The translations under genes and the position numbers were made by a program. A DNA stretch of 63,019 nucleotides, the filler included, from Lenisia limosa (Eukaryota > Protista > Breviatea), in the NCBI GenBank assembly GCA_001655205.1. It is 16 parts of 16 records of this genome, joined end to end, with 100 filler letters (N's around TTAATTAATTAA, not from the genome) between each part and the next. Parts side by side here need not be neighbours in the genome. Positions count along the whole stretch, not along the records: positions 32,631 to 33,964 come from LPNZ01011601.1; positions 34,065 to 40,574 come from LPNZ01010760.1; positions 40,675 to 45,101 come from LPNZ01000784.1; positions 45,202 to 49,107 come from LPNZ01010143.1; 12 more parts are not named here. One strand, 5' to 3'. Each line of letters opens with the position of its first letter. Positions within the stretch are counted from its first letter, which is position 1. This document shows, piece by piece, positions 32,760 to 46,508 of the stretch. The notes below the pieces were generated by a model that ran no database searches, was not told the DNA's origin, and saw nothing but the letters and a program-made list of their open reading frames with translations.

Positions 32760-33690
32760 GGAAAATATGAATGAATCTACAGATGCAAATGAAATAGATG
32801 ACCCTCCCACAGCAGAACCGTGTTTCTCCGTTGCCACCTTCTGGCGGTAGACAAAGAGGCCCTCCAGATGCTTCAGAATGAGCGACAAGTCCTCGGACAG
32901 GATGCCTGCTGCGTCGGCTGCAGGGGGGAGTAAAATTGGACAATTGATAAAACAAAAAAAACCCAAATAAACTTTGTTGGTTGGCCNNNNNNNNNNNNNN
33001 NNNNNNNNNNNNNNNNNNNNNNNNNNNNNNNNNNNNNNNNNNNNNNNNNNNNNNNNNNNNNNNNNNNNNNNNNNNNNNNNNNNNNNNNNNNNNNNNNNNN
33101 NNNNNNNNNNNNNNNNNNNNNAATCCCAAATCAACTCTATTGGCTGACAACACACGAGGGTTGACAACAACAAAACAAACAAAAGGAAAATTTATGATCA
33201 AATGGCTTACCGTTTATGACCCTCCCAATTGGCTTAACATTTGAAAATACACAACGAGTGTGAACATTACTTCTTATAATAATTTGAACAGCATGAAGAT
33301 AATGCAGCGTCCTCACGTTTTTGAGCGGTTTGTGCCTCATGTTGGGTGAGCAGAGCGTCCAAAACAGCCACAATGACCAGGGCAGCATCCCGGGTAAGGT
33401 TCGGTGATGAAAGCGCTGTGAATAGCCTGGGAGGGGGTTAAAAATGGAAATTTAGAAACACCCTTGCCCAAAAAACAATAAAAACAAAAAAAAACAGTTA
33501 CCCTCTAAAGAAGCTCACTTGGCAGTTGAAGCTCTGTTCTGTTGAAGGAAGTCCATCCAGCCTAAGCCTTGCGAAAGGGCATGTATAATTCCTGCTAGAC
33601 CACTAGCTGTCGCACCTGCCTCAGTGGTGGCGTTGGTGGCAAGCGTTGTGATTATGGCGGTCAGGGGAGCGGTGAAGGCCTGTGGTTAGG
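32760..33690 (-). CDS. Hypothetical helical protein, internal exons
   Basis: LFTALSSPNLTRDAALVIVAVLDALLTQH and DAAGILSEDLSLILKHLEGLFVYRQK, bounded by splice sites. Confidence 0.4.
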
Positions 33691-34199
33691 TTATGCTCTG
33701 TAGAAAACTTAAGATTATATCCCAGAAATCGCAAAAAAAGGGTAACATGATTTAAAAAACATCAGAGATAAATGGACAATAAAGAGAAACAAAACAACAG
33801 GAAAAAGGTGGTGGGGCTAGACAACGAGGAACCTATTAGAGCTTCAAAGTTAAAACAGTTTAACGTGGGTGTTCCAACAAAATAAGTCAGAAATGGTTGC
33901 ATAGGGATTAGAAAGCCCAGGCTTAGTACAAACATACATATGTATATATACATATATATATATANNNNNNNNNNNNNNNNNNNNNNNNNNNNNNNNNNNN
34001 NNNNNNNNTTAATTAATTAANNNNNNNNNNNNNNNNNNNNNNNNNNNNNNNNNNNNNNNNNNNNCCCCCCCCCCCCAAGCATACAGGAAAGCATAGCGAG
34101 GAATTTGTAAAAGAAGTTCTTCGAGAAAACGACTTCTAAGAGGCTTTGTTGGTTCAGCAGAACTGCCAAGTTAGGAATGTAGGGAGTGAAACGAAGGAA

Positions 34200-34335
34200 A
34201 GTTAGGAATGGGGAGAACTGCCAATTAGTTAGCAATGGGGAGAACTGCCTTGTTAGTAATGGGGAAAACTATAAATTAGGAATATAGGGAGTGAGTAACG
34301 AAGGAAATTGAAGAACAAAGTTAGGAATATAGTAA
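34200..34335. repeat. Degenerate tandem repeat
   Basis: GTTAGGAATGGGGAGAACTGCC-like units interspersed with fragments of family C. Confidence 0.6.
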
Positions 34336-34563
34336 ATTGGACAATTTTTCAAAATTAACTCTATTGGCTGAAAAGGTTGGTAATGGGGGAGTAAAACGAA
34401 GGAAAGTTCAATGAAGAATACTGGCGGGAATATAGATATTCGGATGGCTGGGGGGGAGGGGGGTAAAGANNNNNNNNNNNNNNNNNNNNNNNNNNNNNNN
34501 NNNNNNNNNNNNNNNNNNNNNNNNNNNNNNNNNNNNNNNNNNNNNNNNNNNNNNNNNNNNNNN

Positions 34564-36744
34564 AATTGCCCTCAATCGTGAATGTATCATCTGTGAATCC
34601 CCCCCTCCCCCGCACCATAATTCCGGGCAAAAAGGAAGACGTTTTTGAGCAGTTCTTCGTCACGCAATGCCTCGCCTAATGCACAAAGTTCACACAACTT
34701 CTCAACTGCACTCTGGACAGGGATTATACAGACTACTGGTGGAGGGGGGGGGGGNNNNNNNNNNNNNNNNNNNNNNNNNNNNNNNNNNNNNNNNNNNNNN
34801 NNGGGCACAAAATTTCTCAAAAACGATCATTATTGAACAGTTTAAATGGCGATTACCCCTCCACATCTAGTTGATCTATTAGATCATATTTGGTTCATGA
34901 TACTCCGATATTAAACAGTTTGATATGATACGATACTATCAGAGACTCCGCAATTAAATATTTGGAGAAATTAATTGATGAAATTTGAAAGTAAAGTGTC
35001 TGAAAAGGGGTTCTGGTTAAAATCCCACTCCAAAAATCAAAATCAATTTCCCAATTAACTGCACAGAGTCGTAACTGAAAATGGCAACACTACGAAGGCT
35101 AATAGTGACAATATCCAGTCAAATAGCGACATTAGCTCACCGTTCGAATAAGTTCTTCGGCGAGATTGTGTCGATGCATCATTCCAGGGGACCGGATTCG
35201 GAACTGATTTTGTAAGAGCAAGAAGTTACAATAATAATAAAAAAAGTGGAGAAAAACAGAAAGACATATAATATGATATAGTATATCAATACATTATATT
35301 GTTGAGTCGGTAGTCTGTTCTGACTTTACTGTAAACAAAGAGCCTCCAAAAAATATCCACTCACCTCAAGCTCAGCAAGATTTTGACGGGTCAGTACTGG
35401 GAGGGTTCCCTCTTCCTCATCATCACACGCTGTGAGGAGGTAAAATTGGAAATTCATAAAGCAAAAAAGCTCAAATCAACTCTGTTGGCTGACAACACAC
35501 GAGGGTTGTAACAAAACAAACAGAGCCCAGGCCAGGGGGTAAAAGGAAGTACATAATCAACTATTTAACTCAACAGTTGAAAACACAAAGAGGGTTTCAA
35601 ATTGGAATTAATGAAATCCATATCAAAACAAAACCTCAAAAGAATACCAACTCTATTGGTTAAATGAGTAACACGGTAAGTCGAACCAAAATAAAGCCCA
35701 ATAGAAAGAAAGAAAATATCGCGATATAATATGAATGTGACTTGAAAGAAGCCCTATAGTCAAGAGAAGTCAGCCAACATGAAATCGAGTCGTCTTGGCC
35801 TTGGAGTCGAGCAATTTCGTCTCTGGATCATAAGATAAAGTTTGGGNNNNNNNNNNNNNNNNNNNNNNNNNNNNNNNNNNNNNNNNNNNNNNNNNNNNNN
35901 NNNNNNNNNNNNNNNNNNNNNNNNNNNNNNNNNNNNNNNNNNNNNNNNNNNNNNNNNNNNNNNNNNNNNNNNNNNNNNNNNNNNNNNNNNNNNNNNNNNN
36001 NNNNNNNNNNNNNNNNNNNNNNNNNNNNNNNNNNACTGAAACTTCCAAAAAAAAGCATTGCAGATGGTTTATTAGCTTAGATAGAGCTTCTTGATCGCAA
36101 AAAAAACTAATTAAAAGAGGGGGCTGAGCAGAGGGACACAGCATCTCAATAAACATCATTGAAGAACGGGTGCAAGAAATCGCACAACGCAAAAAAAGAA
36201 CAGCAGCCGCCAATCTTAATCATATAGCCAAACAATCTCTACATACACGATCTTGTCACAGCCAAGCTCGCTCTGGAAGGAGATACAGAGGTCCCGTCCA
36301 GTGTCTTGATCTTGCCAGACTATCATGGAATCTGCAACTGTCAGCAGATGATCCGAGCGGAATTTCTATCAATCATCTATAGAACCTCCAAAAACGCCCG
36401 AGGAGCAGACCTTGCTCTCTTACAAACTGAGTTGTGTTCCCGATTCTGCATGTGAGGATCTTTTCGTTGGTCGCCTCGTCACGCACGGTTATAGCATCAC
36501 CACCAAGCTCCTAAACACGTGAGTAAGCCTCTTGAAAATCGATAAAACACCCAAGCCCCACCTGAATATAGATGATGGAGACATGGCCCATTCCGCGTTC
36601 TTCCCAGTTCACAACTTCTTCAACAGTCGTCATTTCATAAATTTTGACTCTAGTTTCAGAAGGGTCTGTCATTTCTTCATCTTCCGTAGGGGTAACGTCC
36701 TCAACAGAGGTGGCTACAAATGGTTCTTCATTTTCTACCTCCAT
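34564..36744 (-). CDS. PPP4R3: Protein phosphatase 4 regulatory subunit 3 (SMEK/Psy2), 5' part
   Basis: RVKIYEM..WEERGMGHVS..|ELGGDAITVRDE..REQDSMIVWQDQDTGRDLCISFQSELGCDKI matches the SMEK EVH1-like N-domain. Downstream SAVEKLCELCALGEALRDEELLKNVF matches the SMK-1 region. Confidence 0.85.
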
Positions 36745-37094
36745 TTTCGGGCTTAATTTCCCAAGAACTCCTTCCAGACTCTCAGACTCGGCTGGTATTA
36801 CATTCCCTTCCTCCAAATCAACAGTTACCATCGATCATTGAATTATTAATACTATTGTATACTGAATTTGAGCCCCCTAGATCAACAACACTAACAACAG
36901 CGCAAAAAATATTTTCAAAATAACATTTATACTGACATTGTGCCCAGAATAAATACGAATCTTTTAACAAGCACCCATAATCAAAATTTCTGTCTTTTCT
37001 AGCTTGATAGAACACAGGCAAGCACATCTAGTACGGTGAAGAAGACAGCTAATTGATTTGCGCCAGAGAGTCGTTCACCGTTTCTTTCACCGAA

Positions 37095-40000
37095 ATGTCT
37101 GAGAACGTCGATGACGACGGCTTTTCTTACGAATTCGAGGCTCCGTCGTTTTGTGACTTCGAAAACGACGACTATCAGCAGCATGACCTTGCTGACGAGT
37201 GGTTTGGTACGTTTGGGGGATGCTGTGCGTCTTTGTGGCCATCCTTCCTTTATTTACAATTTTAGACCAAAGAAGGCCATCTGAGGCGGTTAACAGAAAT
37301 AACAAGCCGCTCTATGTTGATAGCCCCCTCCCTCCAAGCAAAGCAGGCACCCCTCGAAGCCCAATGAAAGTTGCTTCGGTGGGTGCTACTGGTCCTCTAT
37401 TATGACTATTTTGTGGTATAAAATGGAGTGGTTAAGTCAGAAAGCATGTTAGCTCCAGTGTTTTGTGGTACACCAATTCCTTGATCTGCATCGTTATTAT
37501 AACTGAAAGCTTCTCATGAGGCCAAAAGATGAGCCAATAGGGGCAAGAATGGATTCTGGTTGGGTGAATTACTACACTCTCAACAGAATTCATTTATAAT
37601 GGGACAGTGAAAATAGATAAAAGCGTTTTGGCGATTCGCCTGTTGAGATGATACTACAGTGCCTTTTGTCATGCTCTATCAAGAGTAAACTTGTGCTTGA
37701 GTGTGGCATATTTCCAATATTGACGGGCGCTTTCAATATTGAGATTATCGAAAGCACTAAGAGACAGATGAGAATGAAGAATCTGCCTTTTATTGCACAT
37801 AATATGGGAAAGAGGGGGGTGATGGCTTAATATTGCATACATGATGTACGGACAGAGGTGAACGATGATTCATCTTATATAATTATTAGATAACTGTCAC
37901 AAATGATATTGTGGGACTGTTTTAGGTCTTGATCATGGAAACTTTGCGAATATGTAGTTTCAATAGAGACTTTATTGTAAAAAAAAATTGTTTTGTCAAG
38001 GTCGCAGAATATAGGTGTATTCTCATCGGTATTCATGGCCCCAGCTCAAGCGTTGGTTGCTCGGGTTTTATTTTGTTTGGAGTTTCAGATTGTTCGGTTT
38101 GGAATTAGTACCTTTACGGCAATATTCTTCATCGAAATTTGCTTCGTTTCACTCCGCCAGCCCTACAAGAAGCCTGTCACACCCAAGGCCTCCGCAGCCC
38201 TCAACCACCTTCGAGCTCTCACCCCATCCCGGACGCCAGGCAAGTCGCATGCCCCAAAGAAGAAAACCAGGTACGTGCCAGATGGAGTTTTTAAAGGAGC
38301 ACACTTTCGGTTCCAAAAAATAAATCNNNNNNNNNNNNNNNNNNNNNNNNNNNNNNNNNNNNNNNNNNNNNNNNNNNNNNNNNNNNNNNNNNNNNNNNNN
38401 NNNNNNNNNNNNNNNNNNNNNNNNNNNNNNNNNNNNNNNNNNNNNNNNNNNNNNNNNNNNNNNNNNNNNNNNNNNNNNNNNNNNNNNNNNNAATAGTGGA
38501 TATATGTCACTTTTTGGGGTATTTTTTCGGTACCGTTACGTTGTTGTACCTTCTCGTGTCACATGTGTGGTAATTGAGAGACAATTCACACTAATCTAAT
38601 TAGGGGTTCCCTACGATCCCAAATATACTAAATTTCTCGATAAATCTGGATAAATATCGATATCTGACGGTCTTTTTTGAAACTTTTTCTCCTCGGGAAG
38701 ACATTTGTTCATCACTAGGGGATATGAAGTATCATTAGACTCCAAAAATATAAACAATATTTTTATAGTGTAAACACTCCCTGACAACAATTTGCCTCCC
38801 CAAATAAACTTGGCTGAAAATAATTCATGGGTTGTCGTGAAATTCATAGGCCTCAGCTGACCTTTTTAGATTTGCAATCCAGGCCGAAAAAACCCCCACA
38901 CCGGTCCCCTCCAAAACCCCCGCAACGACGTCGATATTCGCATCTGGCGCCAAGCGCGTCTTGAGCGCAACGTCTCGCCATGCCCACACAGCAGCCCCCG
39001 GCACGCGGACCAAATCCGTTATTGCTGCCGCGCAAGAAGTGGCGGCGGCACTCGAGAGGATGGTGGGTGTTGTTTGCTTTTAATGCGACTTTTACTGCCG
39101 TTTTTGCTTCTCTTGATGCCTCTTTTTATACTAAAAAAAAAATAAATCAAAATGATGATTATTATGTATTTTGAATGACTCAATTTTTATTATACTATCA
39201 TAATATGGAAACTGCCTTTCAATATCTCTTGCATCCACAGATATTTTCCATTCTCCCTTGCATTTCACTTTGTAATTAGGTCGACCCGAAGCCGGACGGT
39301 GTGCCTAAGGATCACAGTGAATACGTAGAGCTTGATAAGGAGGAAAATGACGACGACGATGATGAAGTATCAGATGGTACGAGTCGGGTTTTTTTTTTAT
39401 TTTTTTTTTTTTTGAATAATGATGTTNNNNNNNNNNNNNNNNNNNNNNNNNNNNNNNNNNNNNNNNNNNNNNNNNNNNNNNNNNNNNNNNNNNNNNNNNN
39501 NNNNNNNNNNNNNNNNNNNNNNNCGCAGCTTGCTGAACTCGAGGAATTGGCTCGACAGGTGGAGGAAGCTCAAAAAGCCCATGACAAGGAGTTCCTAAAG
39601 ACGCAAGTGCCTGACGTTCTAGAGGTCCACCAGCCGAAACGCAAGGCCAACGCAGCGTCCTTGGCTTCCTCGAGTTCCACTCCAATGAAAAAGAAGATCA
39701 GTTTGACTAGCGAGGATTTTGAAGAAGCAAAGAAGGCCCCACGCACCCCTGCTAAGATGTCAGAAACGTCTCTAAGAGCTCCGAGCAAAAAAGCTGTGAA
39801 AACTCCCTTAAGAACGCCATCCAAAAAGTCATCAAAACCGTCTCAGAAAGCTGAAGGAACAGCCCAAAAGACGCCCAGTAGAAAGCCAGCTAAAACTCCG
39901 AGCAAAACGCCTGCTAAAACTCCGAGCAAAAAGCAGCAGAAGTCGTATATGGAAGAGGCAGAGGAGCTTTTCAATGACGAGAAAGACCAAGCCCAGCAGG

Positions 40001-40574
40001 GTGAAGAACCCTGGGCTGCACCTCTCCAAAATGGCGAGTTTGACGATGAAAAAACCCAAGATGAAGACAACTACGAGGAAATCAACCAAGCTACGCGGTC
40101 GGTGCTCTACAAACAGCTTCTTAAGGAGTTTGAGGAGCATAAGGCACAGAACCCCGGCATGTACAGCAAGAAAGCTCCGGTTGTCCCTGTTTCTCACCCC
40201 CTCTACCCCGCACCACAATTCCAAGATCCCATCCCCCCCAAACCCACACCAAGCCCGAGGAACATTAATCCAATTCCGCACCCCCTATACCCCACGCCGG
40301 CTATGCCANNNNNNNNNNNNNNNNNNNNNNNNNNNNNNNNNNNNNNNNNNNNNNNNNNNNNNNNNNNNNNNNNNNNNNNNNNNNNNNNNNNNNNNNNNNN
40401 NNNNNNNNNNNNNNNGGTTGAGTCTTACACAAGTTACACTAATAACAGAAGTTACACAGATGACAGTAACAACCCTCCCAGCAAGACGGCTTCCGACATT
40501 GATGAAGAAGAGCTCATAACCGAGCCAGTTTATTTACAAAAGCGGCTGTCCCTCAATCCCGTCCCGCACTACTC
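37095..40574 (+). CDS. TPX2-like microtubule/Aurora-activating protein, 5' part
   Basis: N-terminus MSENVDDDGFSYEFEAPSFCDFENDDYQQHDLADEWF resembles the TPX2 Aurora-binding motif (Y.FDAP..F.F...WF). It is followed by a basic region with many KTP(S/A)K repeats. Confidence 0.6.
38104..38160 (+). repeat. Intron 3'-end repeat family C (about 55 bp), exemplar
   Basis: Consensus TTAGTACCTTTATGCCAATATTCTTCATCGAAATTTCCTTCGTTTTACTCCGCCAG. Copies at 4466-4522(+), 7425-7466(+), 8722-8773(+), 13745-13780(+), 14146-14205(+), 34385-34430(-), 55745-55805(-) and 56252-56298(-). Confidence 0.85.
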
Positions 40575-40679
40575 NNNNNNNNNNNNNNNNNNNNNNNNNN
40601 NNNNNNNNNNNNNNNNNNTTAATTAATTAANNNNNNNNNNNNNNNNNNNNNNNNNNNNNNNNNNNNNNNNNNNNAGGGA

Positions 40680-43600
40680 GCTCACCAGAGCCACAGCCTC
40701 AGTCGGAGGCCGAGTCCTCGCATCCTTGTCCACCCAGTATGCAAGAATGCTTAAAACAATATATTAATAGGCATATTATATATCCATTTTTAAAAATTAA
40801 ACAAAAACTAGAGCTTCGCTTTCGTTTCAAAATACTTAATTGTCGATAAAGCCTCGATAAACCTCGACATCTTTTTGATCCCTCTGACAAGACAAAAACA
40901 TTATGTCTTCAGATACTCTGCACCATCACAGCCGCATGTTGATGCTCGGCTTGCTGGGTGGTCCGCTGACTCACATGAGCTTTTTCTGACGGTTCCGGTC
41001 GGTCTTCTTAATACGGAAGGNNNNNNNNNNNNNNNNNNNNNNNNNNNNNNNNNNNNNNNNNNNNNNNNNNNNNNNNNNNNNNNNNNNNNNNNNNNNNNNN
41101 NNNNNNNNNNNNNNNNNNNNNNNNNNNNNNNNNNNNNNNNNNNNNNNNNNNNNNNNNNNNNNNNNNNNNNNNNNNNNNNNNNNNNNNNNNNNNNNNNNNN
41201 NNNNAATGCAGCCACCTGAAGATCCAGCTGACGACGAAATGCTGCTGACGTGTTTCAGGCGATAGGGACGTTATCAAGGCGTGGCGGGTTCTGTTTCTCT
41301 TTTTCTTTGTTTATTGCTGTGTTTCATGGATGTTTCTTTTCTTGGGAAAAAGAAAGTGGTGTTTGAACGTGAGTTTAGTGTGTAGCATTGAAAAGATGAG
41401 GTATCCAGGATCCAGGAGGATATTCTCTCCGAATGCTGGAGGCATCATATCAAATCATTACATATGGATATCATTAAGATAGCCCGCCTTGGCCCAGTCC
41501 AGGATACTTTTGATGGTGCCCAATCATGAATACGTGGGGTGTAAGGGTGGCATACATATATCTTACAGAATACAGAATACAGAATACATATGATATTATG
41601 CACCCAGGGAAGATAGTTCCTCACTCCCCCCCCCCCTTTTTTTTAAGCTCCTCCCATTCATTCCTGATTCATTCAACCCCTGCTTTGTAGGAAAAAAAGG
41701 GGGGTCTTCCTGGGAAATTGTCCTGGGGGTAGAGCGATTTGCAGCATAGAGCCAAACGGTGTGGTGTGCATGTCGTTATTGATCCCCCTTCCCCAAATAC
41801 CAGAATATCTGATTACATCTTCAACCCCAACCTCCATATGGTGCTATATATCGACATAGAAAATTATTATTACTTTCAAAACTTAAGACTCCAAAAAGCT
41901 ACCTGGAAACAGAAATGGAAATAAGTATTAAACAAATGGCAAGCGGTCAGGATGTTTGAGATTGGGAAGATCAAAAAGTTTCGGCTTGTTAAAGAATTGC
42001 GTGACAGTGTGTCTTTCCCCAATTGTTTGTTCAAAATTCACTGCTTCTTTTTTAACCTGAAGAATCAACAAAAAAAAAGAGTACCAATACCTGCAGTCTT
42101 GGTCGCCATCGTTGAACGTCTTTTATGTAGCGAGAATTGTGTTTTGTAAGTTTCTAATTTGGGTAAAAACAGAAAGTCGGTCTTACCGAAGGAAGAGATC
42201 GGTCAAAGTCGGAAATTGGCTTATGTATCAAAAACGGGTCCACCTGAACAGTGTGACTCAATTATACTAGTTACCTTTTCATGCGCCAGACCTGAATTGA
42301 CAGTATTAAACGGTCGTTTTACCACTCGATCCCGGTAGCGTAGCCACACTTTTTTCTGAAGATCACGTGAGAACGCTCCAATTTCTTACTGTATGCGGAT
42401 GAATGAATTTGTCAGCGTCAGGGTCACCCTCTCCTTCTTCTAGACGGTAAAAGAAGTTATAATTAGAGGGTCCGAAAAAGACCGTTAAATATCGTATTTA
42501 TCGAGGATTTATCGAGATATTTGGTCTATTTGGGACCATAGGGAACCTCTAGTTATAATAATTCAAACTAACGCAGTTCAAAGAAGTACTTCTTGTTACT
42601 GTGGTCATAAACCGCTGTTCTCATATCCTTGTCATCAACTTCTCTCAGCAAGCTCTGGTTATCTGTATTGAATTAGCCAAATAATCCAAGACAAACGAAA
42701 CTCTGGGGTGTTCACTGGATGGAATTCTCGGATTGGAGTTTGAAAACGCTGCCTAAATAAAATAAGTAAAATAATAAACCATATTATCATATATTATATA
42801 ATATGTAAGGCTTCCCTACGGTCCGAAAAAGGCCGTTTAAATATCGATATTTATCGAGGATTCATCGAGAAATTCGGTCTTTTTTGGGACCGTAGGGAAG
42901 CCTTAATCATATGTATAGCATTGGGAAATAAAAATCCGGTTGTATCTGGCCGAAGCCGTCCACGCCATCAAGCTTATAAGGGATTTGGATATTAGGATAA
43001 GTTTTGGCCTGAGAATGGAAAAGCATTGAAAACCCCCGTTCCAAAAGTTTCCAAGAATATTAAAGGGAGAATGAATCTCAAGTCCATTTTTGGAAAATTA
43101 AAGTAGTTTAAAGATGTTTAAGGAAACCCCCAAAACTCTTGGAAAACTCCCATGCCTCCCCTTCTAGAATGTTCTTTACCATCAACTTTAAAGCAATATT
43201 GCAGTTCCAAATGTCTTTTACACAAACATATATGCTGAAAACAAAACGTCATAAAATTGAGTGAAATGTAAATCTTAAAAAAATATCCTGATCATCTATT
43301 CCATTGGGTGATCATCAAGATCACCCCCTTTTAAGTGAGAATCGCATCCAAACACAGTCCAAACAATCCTTACTGTGAAGACTTTAACAGAATATGCAAT
43401 AACTACAGCAAGTAAAAGAACTGGGAAAGCTTCTGAGTTTTGTTTTTCTCCCTATGGTAAGTATATTGAGAAACTACCACGAATTTTGAGGGTTTCCCAC
43501 TGTCAAACTTCTCGTCCTCGGTCGAGTTGTTTTCCTTACGGAAACTTTTACCACCGCTTTTTCAAGAATTTTCATGTTTATCCAATATAATGAAGCTAAT

Positions 43601-44960
43601 GGACAAAATAATCATACATAATATGTAGTAATACTATTAATTTCCACTCATCCGCAACTGCTAAAAGAAGATGTAGGCCCTCCTAAATCCGCACTGTTCC
43701 ACGGATTCGTGAAGTGCTATATGATATGAAATATTATACTACAATATGCCACATATCTTCTATCATGAAAACAATTTCTGTTCATAATTAGTCCCTTCTT
43801 GCCTTGAATAAATTGGGATGGGGTCCAAACTCGGGGTATGGCAGTCACCACAGAGCCAGGTTTCAGAAGTGGGGAACCCTGGAAGTCTAAAAAAAATAAG
43901 TGCAAAAAGGAAAAATATTGCCCTCTTGGAAATGTCACAAATACTACCTGAACTCCGTGAGTACTCCAAAACATTTCGGGTCCCAATAGAATCCTTTAAA
44001 TCCCCTCCGATCAAGTAAATGCCACATTATTGTTTATCACAAAAAAATAGAGTATCAAACAATGTTTTGGCCATAAACCAAAGAGGTTTTTTATTACGTC
44101 ACTACCTCCTTGCTTGAACCATCATTCTGTTATTTATACAAAATATTTTTAATTCAGAGAAGAAGAAAAAAAAAACAGAATTATGACAAAGCACAGCATA
44201 AAAAAAAACTGCACACGACAACCTGAGACAATGGATATGAAAAGCTCTCAGACAGCCTCCGTCACAAAGAAGAAGAACACCACCGTCTCCACATATCGAA
44301 CACTACATCAATTAGCAAGATTTACCGGCTTGGAGCCTCTTTTCCAAACAAACTGGATATGTTCTATTTTCGTGGAGAAGTCCACACGCTTCCGCATATT
44401 GCTCAGCCCTCGTCTAAGAACATTATGCATCTATCATCAACACCTACTGAAACTGTCCTATCTTGAATGTAAAGGCCAGACATCACTCCAGTTCGTTCAG
44501 GCCTGAACAAGGCCTGAAAAGAGAACAAGAGAACACTGAGCACAACAAGTTCACAGCATGCTTAATAATCAGTCAATTATAATATACGAATTTAAACTCC
44601 TTTAACAAATTGGAAACTGTCAAAACAAGACCTCTTCTAATACCGCTGTTGTCTTAAGATTACTAGTTAATTATTTTGAGCTCGAGGAAAGAGGAGGGAA
44701 AGCGTACAACACCGTGACCTCCGTGAGTCGAGTATCACAAAGATTTCCAGCGGTCTTTATTGCCCAACGTTGCAATGCCTCCGAGAAGGGAGGTGAAGAT
44801 CAAAGATGTACGTTGAGGAGCGACAGGGGGGTCTCTGAGGGGAGTGTTTCTCTCTCTATATGAGATCTAATATTTATGTGGTTGATCGTCTTCCCCAATT
44901 CCTCTTTCTAATTGTTTAGGATCCCGATTCAGCTGTTGAGGAGGGAGAAGAACGTGTGAA
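40680..44960 (-). CDS. PHD-finger protein, multi-exon, boundaries uncertain
   Basis: Exon 44302-44223 encodes CSICGDGGVLLLCDGGCLRAFHIHCL. Downstream exons include ..PGFPTSETWLCGDCHTP. Confidence 0.7.
42808..42903. mobile_element. MITE family A, GGCTTCCCTACGGTCC subtype
   Basis: TA|AGGCTTCCCTACGGTCCGAAAAAG...CTTTTTTGGGACCGTAGGGAAGCCT|TA, near-perfect TIRs. Confidence 0.88.
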
Positions 44961-45201
44961 AGAGGTGAATGGGATGTGTGCTGTCTTTTATATGCCCTAA
45001 TTGGTGCAAAACGGTTACTATCTTCAAGTAATCATGTTCCGTCTTTAAAACCCCCCAATAATACCCCCTCCCCCCAGTCATTGTTTTTTTTTGTTTGTGT
45101 TNNNNNNNNNNNNNNNNNNNNNNNNNNNNNNNNNNNNNNNNNNNNTTAATTAATTAANNNNNNNNNNNNNNNNNNNNNNNNNNNNNNNNNNNNNNNNNNN
45201 N

Positions 45202-45771
45202 ACGTGCTAAGACAGTGATCAAGAGCCTCCGAGAGAAGAATGCCTTATTGAAGAACACCCCCCAAGCCGAACTTGATGAGGAGGTCAGGATCTCTTCTTT
45301 TGAACTTTCCATCTGACTTGTGTAGGAACTGGCAGTGATGGTGAAGCTGCGTGAGTCCACCAGAGGACTCGAGGCCAAGGTCAAGATGCTGGAGAAGGAA
45401 CGCAAGGATCTGAAAAACCAGCTCAAGGCGGCCCGGGCTGAGGTGGGGGGTTTTGGTTCTGGTCTGACCATTTTCAGGGGCAGTTTTTGACTATTTTCAT
45501 CGTTTAGATCCGACATGCCGGCGTCAAGGCCACCAACGACCTCAATGAGAAGTTCACAGCTCAGGCCGCTCTCAACCGTACGGCTAGTCTCGGCGGCCCG
45601 TTAAGCCCCATCAATTCCGACAGGTCTTCTGTCATGTCGCAAAGCCCGTCGTTGCCTTCCATGCCACATATCGCTCCGCCCTCTCCCGATGCTCAAACCG
45701 TTTTTGCGCCTGTTAACCCGAGCCCGCCCCCTCTTCGTCCCTCCACAGTCCCCCGTCTACCTATTTCTTAG
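45202..45771 (+). CDS. Coiled-coil protein with Pro-rich C-terminus, 3' part
   Basis: Three exons: ..KSLREKNALLKN..|ELAVMVKLRESTRGLEAKVKMLEKERKDLKNQLKAARAE|IRHAG..PRLPIS*. Confidence 0.6.
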
Positions 45772-46197
45772 TTTTAGTTTTTCATGGTTTTGATTTGTAC
45801 AGTAGAATGGTTTGCAATTTTTGTATCGTATTATATATTTGTACCACCCCAAATGCTGAGCAATCAAGCTAACTGTCATCAGTCAATTAATACCCAACAA
45901 CATCCCAGCACCTCCCGAAACACTGTTAACACCTTTAAAAAACTAAGGCTATGTCTTGTCAAGAGTTAATTACCCCCCCCCCNNNNNNNNNNNNNNNNNN
46001 NNNNNNNNNNNNNNNNNNNNNNNNNNNNNNNNNNNNNNNNNNNNNNNNNNNNNNNNNNNNNNNNNNNNNNNNNNNNNNNNNNNNNNNNNNNNNNNNNNNN
46101 NACAAAAGTACATGTATTTTTAATAAAGCAAAACAAACAGAGGTTCTTGTAAGACAAAGGAGCGGCAACTTTAACGCTTAGAGATCCAACAAACACT

Positions 46198-46508
46198 TTA
46201 GCGGCGGGGAGGAGAAACAAGGATGATAGTGTCACCACGCATAAAAAGCATAGGGATACGTCTTCTATTTGTCTAAAAAAATAAAAAAAAGATGAGAGAA
46301 GGCTTGAGCAAACCTTGGCGAAGGCTTCTCCCTTTTCATCAACTTCAACACTTTGATAGCTTTCTTCAACGTCGGAAAGAATCATATTTAAGTGCTGGTC
46401 GTATGCTTGCAGCCTTCCACGGATCTCACGGGAGTTCCTTGTCTTGATAAACACTTTTTCGTCAAGTGAAAGACGGACAAGATCTAAAGGTTCCTGAACA
46501 GCGGCCAT
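46198..46508 (-). CDS. LSM3: U6 snRNA-associated Sm-like protein LSm3 (exons 46508-46314, 46272-46198)
   Basis: [49 protein letters not shown]..|[24 protein letters not shown]. Confidence 0.96.
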
